A stretch of DNA of 64,000 bases from Candidatus Sulfotelmatobacter sp. GTDB taxonomy: Bacteria; Acidobacteriota; Terriglobia; Terriglobales; Acidobacteriaceae. A program made the position numbers and the translations under genes. Under the pieces are notes generated by a model. The model was not told the origin of the DNA and made no database searches. It saw only the letters and a program-made list of their open reading frames with translations. Positions within the stretch are counted from its first letter, which is position 1. Every line of letters begins with the position of its first letter. Where the stretch lies: NCBI GenBank assembly GCA_035307485.1, contig DATGIB010000001.1, positions 161,165 through 225,164 of the forward strand, given 5' to 3'. Of this stretch, positions 29,635 to 39,788 are shown one piece after another.

Positions 29635-30675
29635 ATGAAAAAGTGGGTCGTATTCCTGGCTTTCCTGCTGTGCGGGGCGTTCCTGTTCGCAGCCGATCAA
29701 CCCAAAATTCCTCCCATGCCGGCTGCGGTCGCAAGCAACGCGGTCACCGCGCTCAAGGGCGGCCTTGAAGTCTATTCTTTGATGGGTATTGGCCCCAAAA
29801 AGACCTGGGATGACATCACCAACAAGGTCTATGTTTTCCATCTTTCCGGCGCGAAATGGACGGAGGGACGGCCGGTTCCGGGTGTGGCCGGGCGGCTCGG
29901 CGCATCGGCAATTGGGGTGAAAGGGCGGATATTCCTGCTGGGCGGGTACATGATCGACGGACAAGGAAATCAGTTTGTGGTGCCCGACGTAAATGCTTAC
30001 CTGCCAGAAGAGCGGAAGTGGTATCGCGCGGAAGATATGCCGATCGCCGTGGACAGCGCCGTGGTCGGGGTGAATCACGACCGGTATATCTATCTCGTAG
30101 GCGGAAGATCGAAGAACGGGCCCGTCAATAATGTCCAGGTGTACGACCTTGAGAGCAATAGCTGGAGCCAGGCGACTCCGTTTCCAGGCAGCCCAGTGTT
30201 TGGACACGCTGGTGGACTGGGAGATGACACCATCGTTTTTATCGACGGGGCAAAGAAAAATCCGGGTGCGGGCGCGCCATATGTAGCTTCGGATCAGTGT
30301 TGGGTCGGGCGGATTGATAAAAAAGATCCGAACAAGATCGAGTGGAGCAAAATCCCTCCGCATCCAGGCACAGCGAGATTTGGAATCATCGCGGGAGCCA
30401 GGGAGAAAGACCGGCACATGGTGTTTACAGGTGGAACCGCGGCCGTTCATGATTTCAAAGGCATGGATGCTGACGGGAAACCAGCGGAGTTTTCCGATAC
30501 GACGTTTTCGTTTGATGTGCACACCAACCGGTGGGAGCCAATTACGGATGACGCTAATGACCCTCGCAGCGACAGCCGGAGCATGGTGTCGACCCCGATT
30601 GGCATGCTGATCGTGGGCGGACTGGTGAAGAATACCGCGGTCACCGCGCGCGTAGTGCTGATCCCGAAGAGATGA
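29635..30675 (+). CDS. Kelch-repeat beta-propeller protein, secreted
   Basis: Signal peptide MKKWVVFLAFLLCGAFLFA. Repeated GG...Y.W... blade motifs (IFLLGGYM, IYLVGGRS, VYDLESNSWSQ). Confidence 0.7.
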   Translation: MKKWVVFLAFLLCGAFLFAADQPKIPPMPAAVASNAVTALKGGLEVYSLMGIGPKKTWDDITNKVYVFHLSGAKWTEGRPVPGVAGRLGASAIGVKGRIFLLGGYMIDGQGNQFVVPDVNAYLPEERKWYRAEDMPIAVDSAVVGVNHDRYIYLVGGRSKNGPVNNVQVYDLESNSWSQATPFPGSPVFGHAGGLGDDTIVFIDGAKKNPGAGAPYVASDQCWVGRIDKKDPNKIEWSKIPPHPGTARFGIIAGAREKDRHMVFTGGTAAVHDFKGMDADGKPAEFSDTTFSFDVHTNRWEPITDDANDPRSDSRSMVSTPIGMLIVGGLVKNTAVTARVVLIPKR

Positions 30676-30834
30676 GGTCGCCTCTGCCGGAATTCCAGGA
30701 ACGGGACGGTTCCCGGAATTGAACCATGCAGCATTGGCATCGCTCGGCTGATACCTTGGTGACCTCGGCGCTTGAAATGCATCGCGCTACCATCGTCTTC
30801 AGCAACAGCAGACGTCACACCTCCTAAGGATTGG

Positions 30835-30866
30835 GCGGATGGTTCTCGGAATCATCCGCTTTTTTT
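30835..30866 (+). terminator. rho-independent terminator-like hairpin
   Basis: GCGGATG-(11 nt)-CATCCGC followed by TTTTTTT, about 160 nt after the Kelch gene stop. Confidence 0.5.
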
Positions 30867-31111
30867 GCTTCCGGTCCGTGGTTGGCATAGCCCCGCTCAT
30901 GCGATAAAATTCCCAAAAGCTCGTTGGTTTTCCTGGGGACAGAGATACTCCGAAACGATTTGCGCTGGGGAAATGCCATGTTTCGACCTCGCTAATTTCG
31001 CCCGCTCCTTGACTCGCCTCCCGCGAGTTCCATTGTTCCGAAAGTGTTTTCTTTTGTCGCGTACTGAAATGCGTACGCTTGCGGACTTTCACCGCAGAAG
31101 GCGTGGTTTCG

Positions 31112-32527
31112 ATGAATACGGCTACACCAACGCTCGAGCCGCAGCGAACGATCTGGGCATCGCTGGTGGAAGCGGTGCGCGGTTCGCACCAGGACTACAC
31201 CGCAGGGAGCTTGAATCGCGCCATCCTGTTGCTTGCGGTACCGATGGTGCTCGAAATGGTTCTGGAATCCTTGTTCGCAGTGGTCGATGTGTTCTGGGTG
31301 GGGCGGCTCGGAGCTGACGCGGTGGCAACAGTGGGGCTCACCGAGTCGATGCTGAGCCTGGTTTTCGCCGTGGGGATGGGGTTGAGCTTGTCAACCACGG
31401 CGATGGTGGCGCGGCGCATTGGCGAGAAAGACCCCGAAGGTGCCGCTGTCTCTGCGGTGCAGGCGATTGCTCTGGGACTTCTGATTTCTGTAGCAGTTGG
31501 AGTTCCCTGCCTGATCTTCGCTCCGCAACTGTTGCGGCTGATGGGAGCCACACCGGCGATCGTCAGTGTCGGAAGCGGGTACACGCGGATCTGCCTTGGC
31601 GGCAGTTGCGCGGTGCTGTTGCTGTTCCTGAACAATGCGATCTTCCGTGGAGCCGGCGATGCCGCAATCGCCATGCGCTTGCTCTGGGTGTCGAACATCA
31701 TCAACCTGATTCTCGATCCATGCCTCATCTTTGGCTGGGGACCATTTCCCCGGCTCGGTGTCACGGGGGCGGCCTTGGCTACGTTTCTGGGACGCAGCAT
31801 CGGCGTGGGTTACCAGTTTTACTGCCTGCTGCGGGGCACCGAGCGGATTCGAATTCTGGCACGGCAGATCCGGATTCAAGGCGACGTGTTGTGGCGGCTG
31901 CTGCGCGTCTCATTCACTGGAATTCTGCAGTTCGCGATCGCCCACACGAGCTGGATCGGGCTGGTTCGCATTGTCAGTGTTTTCGGAGCGGCTGCGCTCG
32001 CGGGGTATACGATCGCGATTCGGATTGTCATCTTCGTCATCCTGCCATCGTGGGGGCTGAGCAATGCCGCCGCGACACTGGTAGGGCAGAACCTTGGCGC
32101 GGGCAAACCAGATCGTGCCGAAAAGGCGGTGTGGCGAACCGGGCTGTATAACTTGATCTTCCTCGGCTCTGTCGGAGTCTTCTTTATCCTGTTTGCCGAA
32201 CCCGTTGTGCGGCTGTTCACGAGAGATCGAGAGGTGGTGCCGCTCGGTGCTGCGTGCCTGCGAATCGTGAGCTACGGAAACTTGGGATACGCCTACTTCA
32301 TGGTGATGATGCAGGCGTTCAATGGGGCCGGGGATACCATCACTCCCACGATTGTGAATTTTTTCGGCTTCTGGCTACTCGAGATTCCCCTCGCCTATAT
32401 GCTGGCGATGCCGCTGCATCTGCGTTCGAATGGAGTCTTTTTCTCAATCGCGATCGCAGAGTCGGCCATGGCTGCTGCTAGCGCAATTCTGTTCCGGCAG
32501 GGGAAGTGGAAGAAGCAGAAAATCTAG
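31112..32527 (+). CDS. MATE-family efflux transporter
   Basis: 12-TM profile. N-terminal ILLLAVPMVLEMVLESLFAVVDVFWVGRLG is typical of MATE/NorM proteins. Confidence 0.9.
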   Translation: MNTATPTLEPQRTIWASLVEAVRGSHQDYTAGSLNRAILLLAVPMVLEMVLESLFAVVDVFWVGRLGADAVATVGLTESMLSLVFAVGMGLSLSTTAMVARRIGEKDPEGAAVSAVQAIALGLLISVAVGVPCLIFAPQLLRLMGATPAIVSVGSGYTRICLGGSCAVLLLFLNNAIFRGAGDAAIAMRLLWVSNIINLILDPCLIFGWGPFPRLGVTGAALATFLGRSIGVGYQFYCLLRGTERIRILARQIRIQGDVLWRLLRVSFTGILQFAIAHTSWIGLVRIVSVFGAAALAGYTIAIRIVIFVILPSWGLSNAAATLVGQNLGAGKPDRAEKAVWRTGLYNLIFLGSVGVFFILFAEPVVRLFTRDREVVPLGAACLRIVSYGNLGYAYFMVMMQAFNGAGDTITPTIVNFFGFWLLEIPLAYMLAMPLHLRSNGVFFSIAIAESAMAAASAILFRQGKWKKQKI

Positions 32528-32549
32528 AAACTTACCTGGCTGAAGAAAG

Positions 32550-32628
32550 TGGGGCGGGAGGTACGGTATCGAACCGTCATCTCCGGGATGGAGCCCCGGC
32601 GCATTGCCGAAGTTTATGCTACTCCCGC
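32550..32628 (-). tRNA. tRNA-like gene, anticodon position reads UCC (Gly) but with non-canonical features; possibly a pseudo-tRNA
   Basis: The reverse complement folds as GCGGGAG-TA-GCAT-AAACTTCGGCA-ATGC-G-CCGGG-GCTCCAT-CCCGG-AGAT-GACGG-TTCGATA-CCGT(A)C-CTCCCGC-C-CCA. Acceptor, D and anticodon stems are perfect and the T-loop is canonical. Positions 32/33 are G/C instead of Y/U, and the T stem has an extra nucleotide. Confidence 0.5.
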
Positions 32629-32703
32629 GGGTCGGAGAATCATGACGCCGCATAACGTTAGTGAAAGGGACGAATCCTGTCAATATGCAGGGCCGAGAGT
32701 GCG

Positions 32704-34875
32704 TCAGCGAGCGCGAGCAAGCACGAGCGTGACGTCATCGGGCTGTTCCTTATCGCCAATCCAATCATCAACGGCCTGCGTGACAAGCTGGCTGATCTGC
32801 GTCAAAGGCAGATCTCGATTGTCGCGGACGAGTTCGATGAGCCGCTGCTCGCCGAACTCTCCAAACTCGTTTTCCGGTTCCGTGACACCGTCGCTGTAGG
32901 CGACGAGGATTTCTCCGGGCAGCATGTCGATTGCGCCTTCCTCGTAAGACATCGCATCGAAGAGGCCAACGACGGTACCTCCGGCCTCGAGCCTGCGCAA
33001 GGTTCCGTCCCGGCTGATCACGATCGGCGGAAGGTGCCCGCCATTGCTGTAGGTCATCCGGTGGATACGGCCGTCATAGACTCCGAGGAACAGCGTCGCA
33101 TATTTTTCCGGTGGGGTGCTCTCGTAAAGCTGATGGTTCAGAAGGCTCAGCAGGGCAGAAGGAGAGACTTCAATGCCCTCCGGCCACGCAGCCATGATGC
33201 CATCGGACCCCGCGACTGCGCCCACAGCCACCGGCTCACGTAGTTGCGGCAAGCTCTCCACGCTATACGCCCGTACGGCAGAGTGGATGGTGGCCATAAG
33301 CAGTGCCGCGGAGATTCCCTTTCCACTGATGTCTCCCACAGCAAGGATCAATTTGTGTGAACTCGCAGCGACGAAGTCGTAGTAATCCCCGCTTACGGTG
33401 CGCGCGGGGCGACAGAATCCGTGCACTTCGAGCGATTCCAACTCTGAAACCTGCCGGGGGAATAACTGAGCCTGCACTTCCTGTGCGATGGCCAGTTCGT
33501 TCTCCATCCGCTGCTTCTCTTTTTGCTCCTGAATCAGCTTCTCGATGGAAGCGGTCATGGAGTTGAAGGAAAGCGCGAGCAGGGAGAGCTGATCGTGCGA
33601 TTTGACCGGTATGCGATGGCTGAAATCGGCACGGTCGACGTGCTGGGTAGCTTCGTAAAGTTGCGCCACCGCGGCGGTGACCGTCCGAGTCATGCGCGTG
33701 CCGATAATCAGTGCGATGAGTTCTATGATGCCGAAAAAGATTCCGATCACCAGCAGCGCATAGGCGACCAGGTGCACGAACTCGCCGAGTGCCGCGAACA
33801 GTTGCCCGTAGAGAACCGATGGCCGCGTTCTAACCGCCGCGCCGGCGGTATTTTCTTTTCCCGTGGCCCAATCCACTACGGAAAGCGGCGTCGCAAAGGT
33901 AATTTCGCGGTCGAAACCTCCGCTTGCAGGCGGGACAGAACCTACAGTAAACGAGGGATAGAGACGCTCCGTCGAGCCTTGCTTTCGTGACGCAACGACG
34001 ATTTCGTCCTTTTTCTGACCGGAACCCGTCACATCGGCGCTGCTGCTGCGATACCGCGCCCCGTCCTTGGCCTCGGGCTTTCTTTCCGCCCCCTCTGCAT
34101 TCAGAACGGTGATTTCGCCTAGATTCTCGGCGATCTTGCTAACCAATTCCTTATCGAATGGTTCGCTGGTGACGACCTTCAACTGAGTCGCATTCACATT
34201 CAGCGAGTCGACGACCCGGAGGTATAGCCCGCCCTGGTCGCGAACGATCTGGCGAAATGATTCCTGCGGGAAACCGGGAATGGTTAGCGAGCTTCCATTG
34301 ATCTGATCACACGGCATCAACGGCTTTTGCCCATACCATGCGCAAACCTGCCGGCGCGCCCATGACGGATCGCGCTTCCGCAAGCCCGCGAGCGACCCTG
34401 CGCTGGGTTTCTCCCCGCGTTCGATCTGAGCCGCGAGTTCATTGCTGAACGCGGCATTTACCGCTTCCAGGCTGCGCAGCTGGGAGTGAATTTCCGAAGT
34501 GACGACGAATACGGCAAACTGCCCCGCCAAACCATAAAGCGTGATCATCGCCATCGAAACGAGCAGGACGGCGGGAATCACTCCGATAAAAACGTAGGTG
34601 ACGATAAGACGGTTGCGCAGCCGCCATAGGAGTCTTCGCCGGGCCCAGCGAAAACCGAGGATGAAGAACAAGACGGCGGCCAGGAACGTGAGGTAGTCGA
34701 CCCATCCACCGAGGTGGTCTCCCCAGGTGGTAGCAAAGAGCCCAAGCAGCTTTTGCAGCACGAAAAGAAGCGCAGCCAGGCCGGTCAGGTAACACGCCAG
34801 ACGCGCCATGCGGCCCTCGGGCCAGAGCTCGGCCCGGATCAGCCAGCCGCGAATTTCACGATAAGACCATTGCAT
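32704..34875 (-). CDS. membrane sensor HAMP-domain PP2C (SpoIIE/RsbU-type) serine phosphatase
   Basis: N-terminal TM helices and an extracytoplasmic loop. A second TM segment plus HAMP (AVAQLYEATQHVDRADFSHRIPV...). The C-terminal PPM domain carries SGDYYDF, GDISGKG and AYSDGVTE. Confidence 0.85.
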   Translation of the reverse strand: MQWSYREIRGWLIRAELWPEGRMARLACYLTGLAALLFVLQKLLGLFATTWGDHLGGWVDYLTFLAAVLFFILGFRWARRRLLWRLRNRLIVTYVFIGVIPAVLLVSMAMITLYGLAGQFAVFVVTSEIHSQLRSLEAVNAAFSNELAAQIERGEKPSAGSLAGLRKRDPSWARRQVCAWYGQKPLMPCDQINGSSLTIPGFPQESFRQIVRDQGGLYLRVVDSLNVNATQLKVVTSEPFDKELVSKIAENLGEITVLNAEGAERKPEAKDGARYRSSSADVTGSGQKKDEIVVASRKQGSTERLYPSFTVGSVPPASGGFDREITFATPLSVVDWATGKENTAGAAVRTRPSVLYGQLFAALGEFVHLVAYALLVIGIFFGIIELIALIIGTRMTRTVTAAVAQLYEATQHVDRADFSHRIPVKSHDQLSLLALSFNSMTASIEKLIQEQKEKQRMENELAIAQEVQAQLFPRQVSELESLEVHGFCRPARTVSGDYYDFVAASSHKLILAVGDISGKGISAALLMATIHSAVRAYSVESLPQLREPVAVGAVAGSDGIMAAWPEGIEVSPSALLSLLNHQLYESTPPEKYATLFLGVYDGRIHRMTYSNGGHLPPIVISRDGTLRRLEAGGTVVGLFDAMSYEEGAIDMLPGEILVAYSDGVTEPENEFGEFGEQRLIELVRDNRDLPLTQISQLVTQAVDDWIGDKEQPDDVTLVLARAR

Positions 34876-34956
34876 GTCTATAGATTGGACGGCTCCGCGA
34901 AACTTTCGGATTATACCGCCACCTGTCGGAGGCTCTTATCCGGCATCGCAGCAAAG

Positions 34957-35157
34957 TCAGATTTCAGGATAGAGGTCGAAAAACGCTTCCAGGCTCGTAC
35001 GCAGCTGCTTTTCGATCTCTTCCTTGCTGCCTTCGAGCACGTGCATGGTGACGTGTGCTTCGCGTCCGTTTGCCAGTTTAATGAGAGCCTGACCCACCTC
35101 GGTCACTTCCTCCGAGGGCAGGAGCCTCATCCCATAAACCAAAGTCAAGTTCGCCAT
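34957..35157 (-). CDS. small hypothetical protein upstream of the PP2C phosphatase gene
   Basis: 66-aa ORF on the same strand, 81 nt upstream of the phosphatase start. No motif recognised. Confidence 0.3.
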   Translation of the reverse strand: MANLTLVYGMRLLPSEEVTEVGQALIKLANGREAHVTMHVLEGSKEEIEKQLRTSLEAFFDLYPEI

Positions 35158-35245
35158 ACCGAAATTCTACGCCGTCCATGCGAAGGGCGAGAACAGTACC
35201 CCCGCAAAATTTAGGATTCACACCATTCTCGTTTAAAATTCCGGC

Positions 35246-36016
35246 GTGTCCAGGATCGCGGTTTTCCATCTCGGTATCGTGCTTTGCCTCTCGGCTTTGA
35301 CGTTTCCGATCGAGGCGCAGGAGCAGCCCACCAACCCACCTTCCAATCAGCCGCAGGTGCAGGTCCACATGCTCAACGTGTGTACACCATCTGCCGAGGA
35401 GCAGAAGGAGATCGCATCGGCGCTCTCACGGATTCCCAAGCAACCGCTCTTCGGAACGGACTTCGAGGTATCGCGAGGCAAGTCAACGCTTACGGAAATG
35501 CCCGCCATTCTGCAGGCGGGCCAACCGGGCCACGTCGCCGGAGAACCGTCCGTCGCGAGTTATGTCCGCATTCGTCGCGAATACTCTGTGCAGGCCTTGT
35601 TTTCGAGCGTGCAATACTCGTTCAGCAACGATGGGCAGAACATGATCGAGACGATGGTTCTGCACGTGCGGGATCCGAAAGATTTGATCCAAGTCTCACT
35701 CGAAGACAGCGCATCCGCCGTTACAAGCCCCGAGGCGATGCTTTCGGCGAACACTCCGGTCAACCGCGTGCGGCTGGAGCGTTTCGGGAAGTCGTCGATC
35801 GCACTGGCCAGGTGCAATGCAGCCGAAGGAGGCACGCCGCCGGATCAGAGCGCTTACGAACCTCTATTCCGCAGTGCATCCGAGGTGCTCACGAACTATC
35901 GCAAGCTGCTAGGCGCCGCGAGCGTGGTACCGGAAGAACTGGCGAAGATCAACGGGGAGACGAAGAAGAAGGCAGTTTCAGCTACAAAGACAAAGCCGGC
36001 ACCAGTCAACAAATAA
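35246..36016 (+). CDS. secreted hypothetical protein
   Basis: Signal peptide (AVFHLGIVLCLSALTFPIEAQ). 256 aa with a Lys-rich C-terminus. Confidence 0.5.
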   Translation: MSRIAVFHLGIVLCLSALTFPIEAQEQPTNPPSNQPQVQVHMLNVCTPSAEEQKEIASALSRIPKQPLFGTDFEVSRGKSTLTEMPAILQAGQPGHVAGEPSVASYVRIRREYSVQALFSSVQYSFSNDGQNMIETMVLHVRDPKDLIQVSLEDSASAVTSPEAMLSANTPVNRVRLERFGKSSIALARCNAAEGGTPPDQSAYEPLFRSASEVLTNYRKLLGAASVVPEELAKINGETKKKAVSATKTKPAPVNK

Positions 36017-36117
36017 TGCGATGCCGCGGCATGTGTGTGGCGCAAGTGGTGCTGACGATTGGGGAGTTTGCATCGGAAGTCGTACACAGCCATCTAATCT
36101 GCTGCTGAAAAACATCT

Positions 36118-37050
36118 ATGAGCGAAACTCGAAACGTGGTCATTATCGGGTCCGGATGCTCCGGGCACACCGCCGCGTTGTATACAGCACGGGCCAACCT
36201 GAAACCGCTGGTCATCGAAGGCCATGAGCCGGGCGGACAACTATCGCTGACCACTTTGGTCGAGAACTTCCCGGGATTTCCCGAGGGCATCATGGGGCCG
36301 CAACTGGTGGAGAACATGCGGAAGCAGGCCGAACGCTTCGGGGCCGAGTACCGGATGGCGCATCTGACGAGCGCAGACCTCAGCCATCGGCCTTTCACGC
36401 TGCATCTGAGCCATCAGGTTGTTCACACGCAGACGCTGATCATCGCCAGCGGAGCCTCGGCGAGATGGCTGGGCCTACCGCATGAGCAGCAATTGATCGG
36501 GCACGGCGTTTCCAGCTGTGCGACCTGCGATGGTTTTTTCTTCTCCGGAAAGGAAATCGTCGTGGTAGGCGGCGGCGATTCGGCGATGGAAGAAGCACTG
36601 TTCCTCACCCGTTTCGCGACCAAAGTGACAATCATCCATCGGCGGGACTCCTTCCGCGCTTCGAAGATCATGCTGGAGCGAGCCCAAAAACACGAAAAAA
36701 TTCATTTCCTTCTGGATACGGTTGTCGAAGACGTGTTGGACTCCCAAAAGCAGGAGGTCACTGCGCTGAAGTTAAAGAATGTCAAGACGGGCAAAGAATG
36801 GGAATTCCCTACCAGTGCCCTGTTCCTGGGCATAGGCCACGAGCCAAATGCCAAGATGTTTGCCGGACAACTCGACACCGATGCCGATGGTTATTTGAAG
36901 ACGCATAATTACGTGTTCACCAAAGTGCACGGAGTGTATGCCTGCGGAGATGTGCAGGATCGTCGATACCGCCAGGCCATCACAGCCGCCGGCTCCGGCT
37001 GCATGGCAGCGATCGAGGTCGAGAAATTCCTGGAAGGACACGAAAAATAG
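36118..37050 (+). CDS. trxB: thioredoxin-disulfide reductase
   Basis: VVIIGSGCSGHTAALY (FAD), redox-active CATCDG, and VVGGGDSAMEEALFL (NADPH). Confidence 0.92.
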   Translation: MSETRNVVIIGSGCSGHTAALYTARANLKPLVIEGHEPGGQLSLTTLVENFPGFPEGIMGPQLVENMRKQAERFGAEYRMAHLTSADLSHRPFTLHLSHQVVHTQTLIIASGASARWLGLPHEQQLIGHGVSSCATCDGFFFSGKEIVVVGGGDSAMEEALFLTRFATKVTIIHRRDSFRASKIMLERAQKHEKIHFLLDTVVEDVLDSQKQEVTALKLKNVKTGKEWEFPTSALFLGIGHEPNAKMFAGQLDTDADGYLKTHNYVFTKVHGVYACGDVQDRRYRQAITAAGSGCMAAIEVEKFLEGHEK

Positions 37051-37253
37051 CCCGGTTGGCGATGGCCATCATCGAGGCCAGGCTGAAGTTGTTCGGTCGA
37101 TTTCAGGCGCAGTCAAAGTATGATTTTGCAGTAATTGCCGTCACATTTCGTGTCTTTTGACTGTGATAAAAAATTCTGTGATTCTTACTCGGGCGCCCGG
37201 CACTCATCCTCTATTCATACACGCCGCGTGCTTTCTCAAAGGGCAGGTGTTGC

Positions 37254-38180
37254 ATGCTCAGGACGTTCTTCGTCCGTCTATCTGAAAACCGTTCCTTGCG
37301 TAACTTCGCGGAACAATCCAGCGTCGGACGTCGCGTCTCCGGGCGCTTCGTGGCAGGAACGGCGATTGCCGATGCGGTTCGCGTAACGCAGGCAGTGAAC
37401 AGGGCGGGCATGAGTGTAAGCATCGATAACCTCGGAGAGAATGTCACAAATCCTGACGAGGCGAGGCAAAGCGCGGTCTTGTATGACCAGATCCTCGACG
37501 CGATCGCGGCGAATCATCTGAACGCCAACATCAGTCTCAAACTCACCCACATGGGGCTCGACGTCGATGAAACATTGGCTCGCAATATTGTGAGCGGCCT
37601 GGTTGCGAAGGCTGCGCAGATGAAACCTACTGGATTTGTGCGGGTGGACATGGAAGGGTCTCCGTACACGCAGCGAACACTCGATTTTGTTCGCGAATTG
37701 CATCGCATGCCGGGAAACGGCAATTGCGTCGGCACGGTGATCCAGTCCTATCTCAAGCGCTCCGAGAGTGACGTCGAGAAATTGCTTTCGGAGGGCATTC
37801 GCATACGCTTATGCAAAGGAGCTTATAAAGAGCCCGCCAGTATTGCGTTTGAAGAGAAGTCCGAGGTGGATGCCAACTATATCAAGCTTATGAAGATCCT
37901 GATGAAGAGCGGGATCTATCACGGCCTGGCGACGCATGACGAGCGCATCATCCGCGAAGCAAAAGCCTTCGCAACGCGGGAGAAGATCCCTCCGGATGCA
38001 TTCGAATTCCAGATGCTTTATGGAATTCGCCGTGATCTGCAGCAGAGCCTGGTTCGCGACGGATGGCGCATGCGCGTCTACATTCCGTTCGGGACGGAAT
38101 GGTATCCATATTTTATGCGCCGGCTGGGCGAGCGCCCTGCGAACGTCTTCTTTATTGTGCGCAACATGCTACGGTCATAG
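37254..38180 (+). CDS. proline dehydrogenase (monofunctional PutA-like)
   Basis: 308 aa. ISLKLTHMGLD, VRVDMEGS, LCKGAYKEP, ATHDERII and EFQMLYGIRRDLQ are typical of monofunctional PRODH. Confidence 0.85.
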   Translation: MLRTFFVRLSENRSLRNFAEQSSVGRRVSGRFVAGTAIADAVRVTQAVNRAGMSVSIDNLGENVTNPDEARQSAVLYDQILDAIAANHLNANISLKLTHMGLDVDETLARNIVSGLVAKAAQMKPTGFVRVDMEGSPYTQRTLDFVRELHRMPGNGNCVGTVIQSYLKRSESDVEKLLSEGIRIRLCKGAYKEPASIAFEEKSEVDANYIKLMKILMKSGIYHGLATHDERIIREAKAFATREKIPPDAFEFQMLYGIRRDLQQSLVRDGWRMRVYIPFGTEWYPYFMRRLGERPANVFFIVRNMLRS

Positions 38181-38250
38181 CCGCTGGTGCCATACGCGAT
38201 AGCACTTCCGGGCCAATTCTTCAGCCTGTATCCTCTGCTAGCATCGCGAT

Positions 38251-39102
38251 GTGCATTACACTGCCTCACTTGACCTGATTGAAACTTTCTCTCTGTTCGC
38301 GGGCCCGGATGTAGAGGACGAGGACATTGATCTTGTGCGCTCCGTGCTCGTTATCGCCCGGAGCGAATACCCGCATCTCGATATTGAAGCCTATTCTTCG
38401 CGGGTAGAAAGCATGGCGCGTCGCGTGGCGGCACTCGCGCCGGGTTCGGCGCCGCAGCAAGTCTTTCCCGTTTTGAACCGAGTCCTCTTCGAAGAAACCC
38501 ATCTACGCGGAAATCGCGAGGATTACTACGATCCGCGCAATTCGTTTCTGAACGACGTGCTCGATCGCGGACTCGGCATTCCGATCACACTGTCGATCGT
38601 GTATATGGAGGTTGCGCGTCGAGTGGGAGTGGAGCTATCCGGCGTCGGAATGCCGGGCCACTTCCTGTTGAAACATCACAGCGAAGGTTCAAAGGAAACG
38701 CTGATCGACTGCTTCAACCGCGGCGATGTGCTGAGCCGCCAGGATTGCCAGAACCGGTTGGACGAAATCTATTCCGGTGAGATGCGGCTGCGCCCGGAAT
38801 TCCTGCACCCGATCAGCCGCAGACAGATTCTCACCCGCGTACTCAACAACCTCAAAACGGTTTACCTTTCCACTCGCAACTTCCGTAAAGCGCTTCCGAT
38901 GGCAGACCTGATTCTCGTCCTCCATCCGCGTTCTCCGGAGGACTTGAAGCAGCGTGCGCTTCTTCGTTACAGCCTGGGAATGCAGCGGTTTGCCGCGGAA
39001 GATCTGGATGAATACCTGCAGGTCACTCCGGAGTCATCCGATGCCGAAGAGGTGCGCCAGATGTCACTCTCGATCCGGCGCATGCTGGCGTTGATGAATT
39101 AG
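38251..39102 (+). CDS. transglutaminase-like / SirB1-family protein with C-terminal TPR-like region
   Basis: FLNDVLDRGLGIPITLSIVYMEVARRVGVELSGVGMPGHFLLKH matches the SirB1 N-terminal (UPF0162) core. Confidence 0.7.
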   Translation: MHYTASLDLIETFSLFAGPDVEDEDIDLVRSVLVIARSEYPHLDIEAYSSRVESMARRVAALAPGSAPQQVFPVLNRVLFEETHLRGNREDYYDPRNSFLNDVLDRGLGIPITLSIVYMEVARRVGVELSGVGMPGHFLLKHHSEGSKETLIDCFNRGDVLSRQDCQNRLDEIYSGEMRLRPEFLHPISRRQILTRVLNNLKTVYLSTRNFRKALPMADLILVLHPRSPEDLKQRALLRYSLGMQRFAAEDLDEYLQVTPESSDAEEVRQMSLSIRRMLALMN

Positions 39103-39112
39103 GAGATGATTC

Positions 39113-39781
39113 TTATTCCTGTGGAGGGGTCTCTCCGCCTTCGGGGGGAGCAAGAGGAAGACGCGCAGCGCCACGCATCATCTCACGCTCTTGATCTGAA
39201 AACATTCCCTTGAAGCGCTCCGAATTGATGATCCGCTCGCGTTGATCGGGCGGCATAGCGCGCAGATCGCGAAGTGCGGTGATGACCTGACGTTGCCGAT
39301 CAGGGGGCAGCTGCCGCATTTGAGAAAAAATCTGACGCGCCTGCTGCTTTTGATCGGGAGTCAGGTGCTCCCAGGTTTCCATGCGATTCAGCATGCGCAG
39401 CTGCTGCTGCGGGGGCAGACTGGAGAAGTGCTGCAAACGCTGGCGAAGCAGCTGTTGCCGTTCCGGCGACAGCCGCTGGAATCCGGGATCGCTTTGCAGG
39501 GCGTGCTCCTGCTCGGAAGGTGGCAGATCTTTGTAGCGGCGTAACCAGTCCCCGGCATGACCTTGCTGTCGCGCCCGGCCCTGCTGGTTTTTGGCGGGAG
39601 GACGCGGAGGCTGATAGGCCGGCGCCTGGTGCCGTTGCGCTGGATGGAAGGTTCCGGCGCGCTGGGCGGCACACGGGATCACAATAGCCAGTGCCAGAGT
39701 CGCACCAGCGCACCATCCCCGAATGTGCTTACCCGGTTTCACCTTCCCGCCTTTCGTGTTTTCTCGAATGCTTTCGCCCAA
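39113..39781 (-). CDS. DUF3106-like periplasmic protein (repeated Q/R-rich helical motifs)
   Basis: Signal peptide. Repeats of the form LSPERQQLLRQRLQHF / LTPDQKQQARQIFSQM / MPPDQRERIINSERFK. Last gene of the sigma/anti-sigma operon. Confidence 0.6.
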   Translation of the reverse strand: MGESIRENTKGGKVKPGKHIRGWCAGATLALAIVIPCAAQRAGTFHPAQRHQAPAYQPPRPPAKNQQGRARQQGHAGDWLRRYKDLPPSEQEHALQSDPGFQRLSPERQQLLRQRLQHFSSLPPQQQLRMLNRMETWEHLTPDQKQQARQIFSQMRQLPPDRQRQVITALRDLRAMPPDQRERIINSERFKGMFSDQEREMMRGAARLPLAPPEGGETPPQE

Positions 39782-39788
39782 ATTTTTC

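Noticed and set aside
32550-32628. Possibility that the odd tRNA-like gene is tRNA-Sec (selC) serving the selenoprotein at 18352-19083
   Set aside because: The anticodon loop GCUCCAU contains no UCA. There is no long variable arm and no 6-bp D stem. Only the slightly extended acceptor/T geometry is reminiscent of tRNA-Sec.
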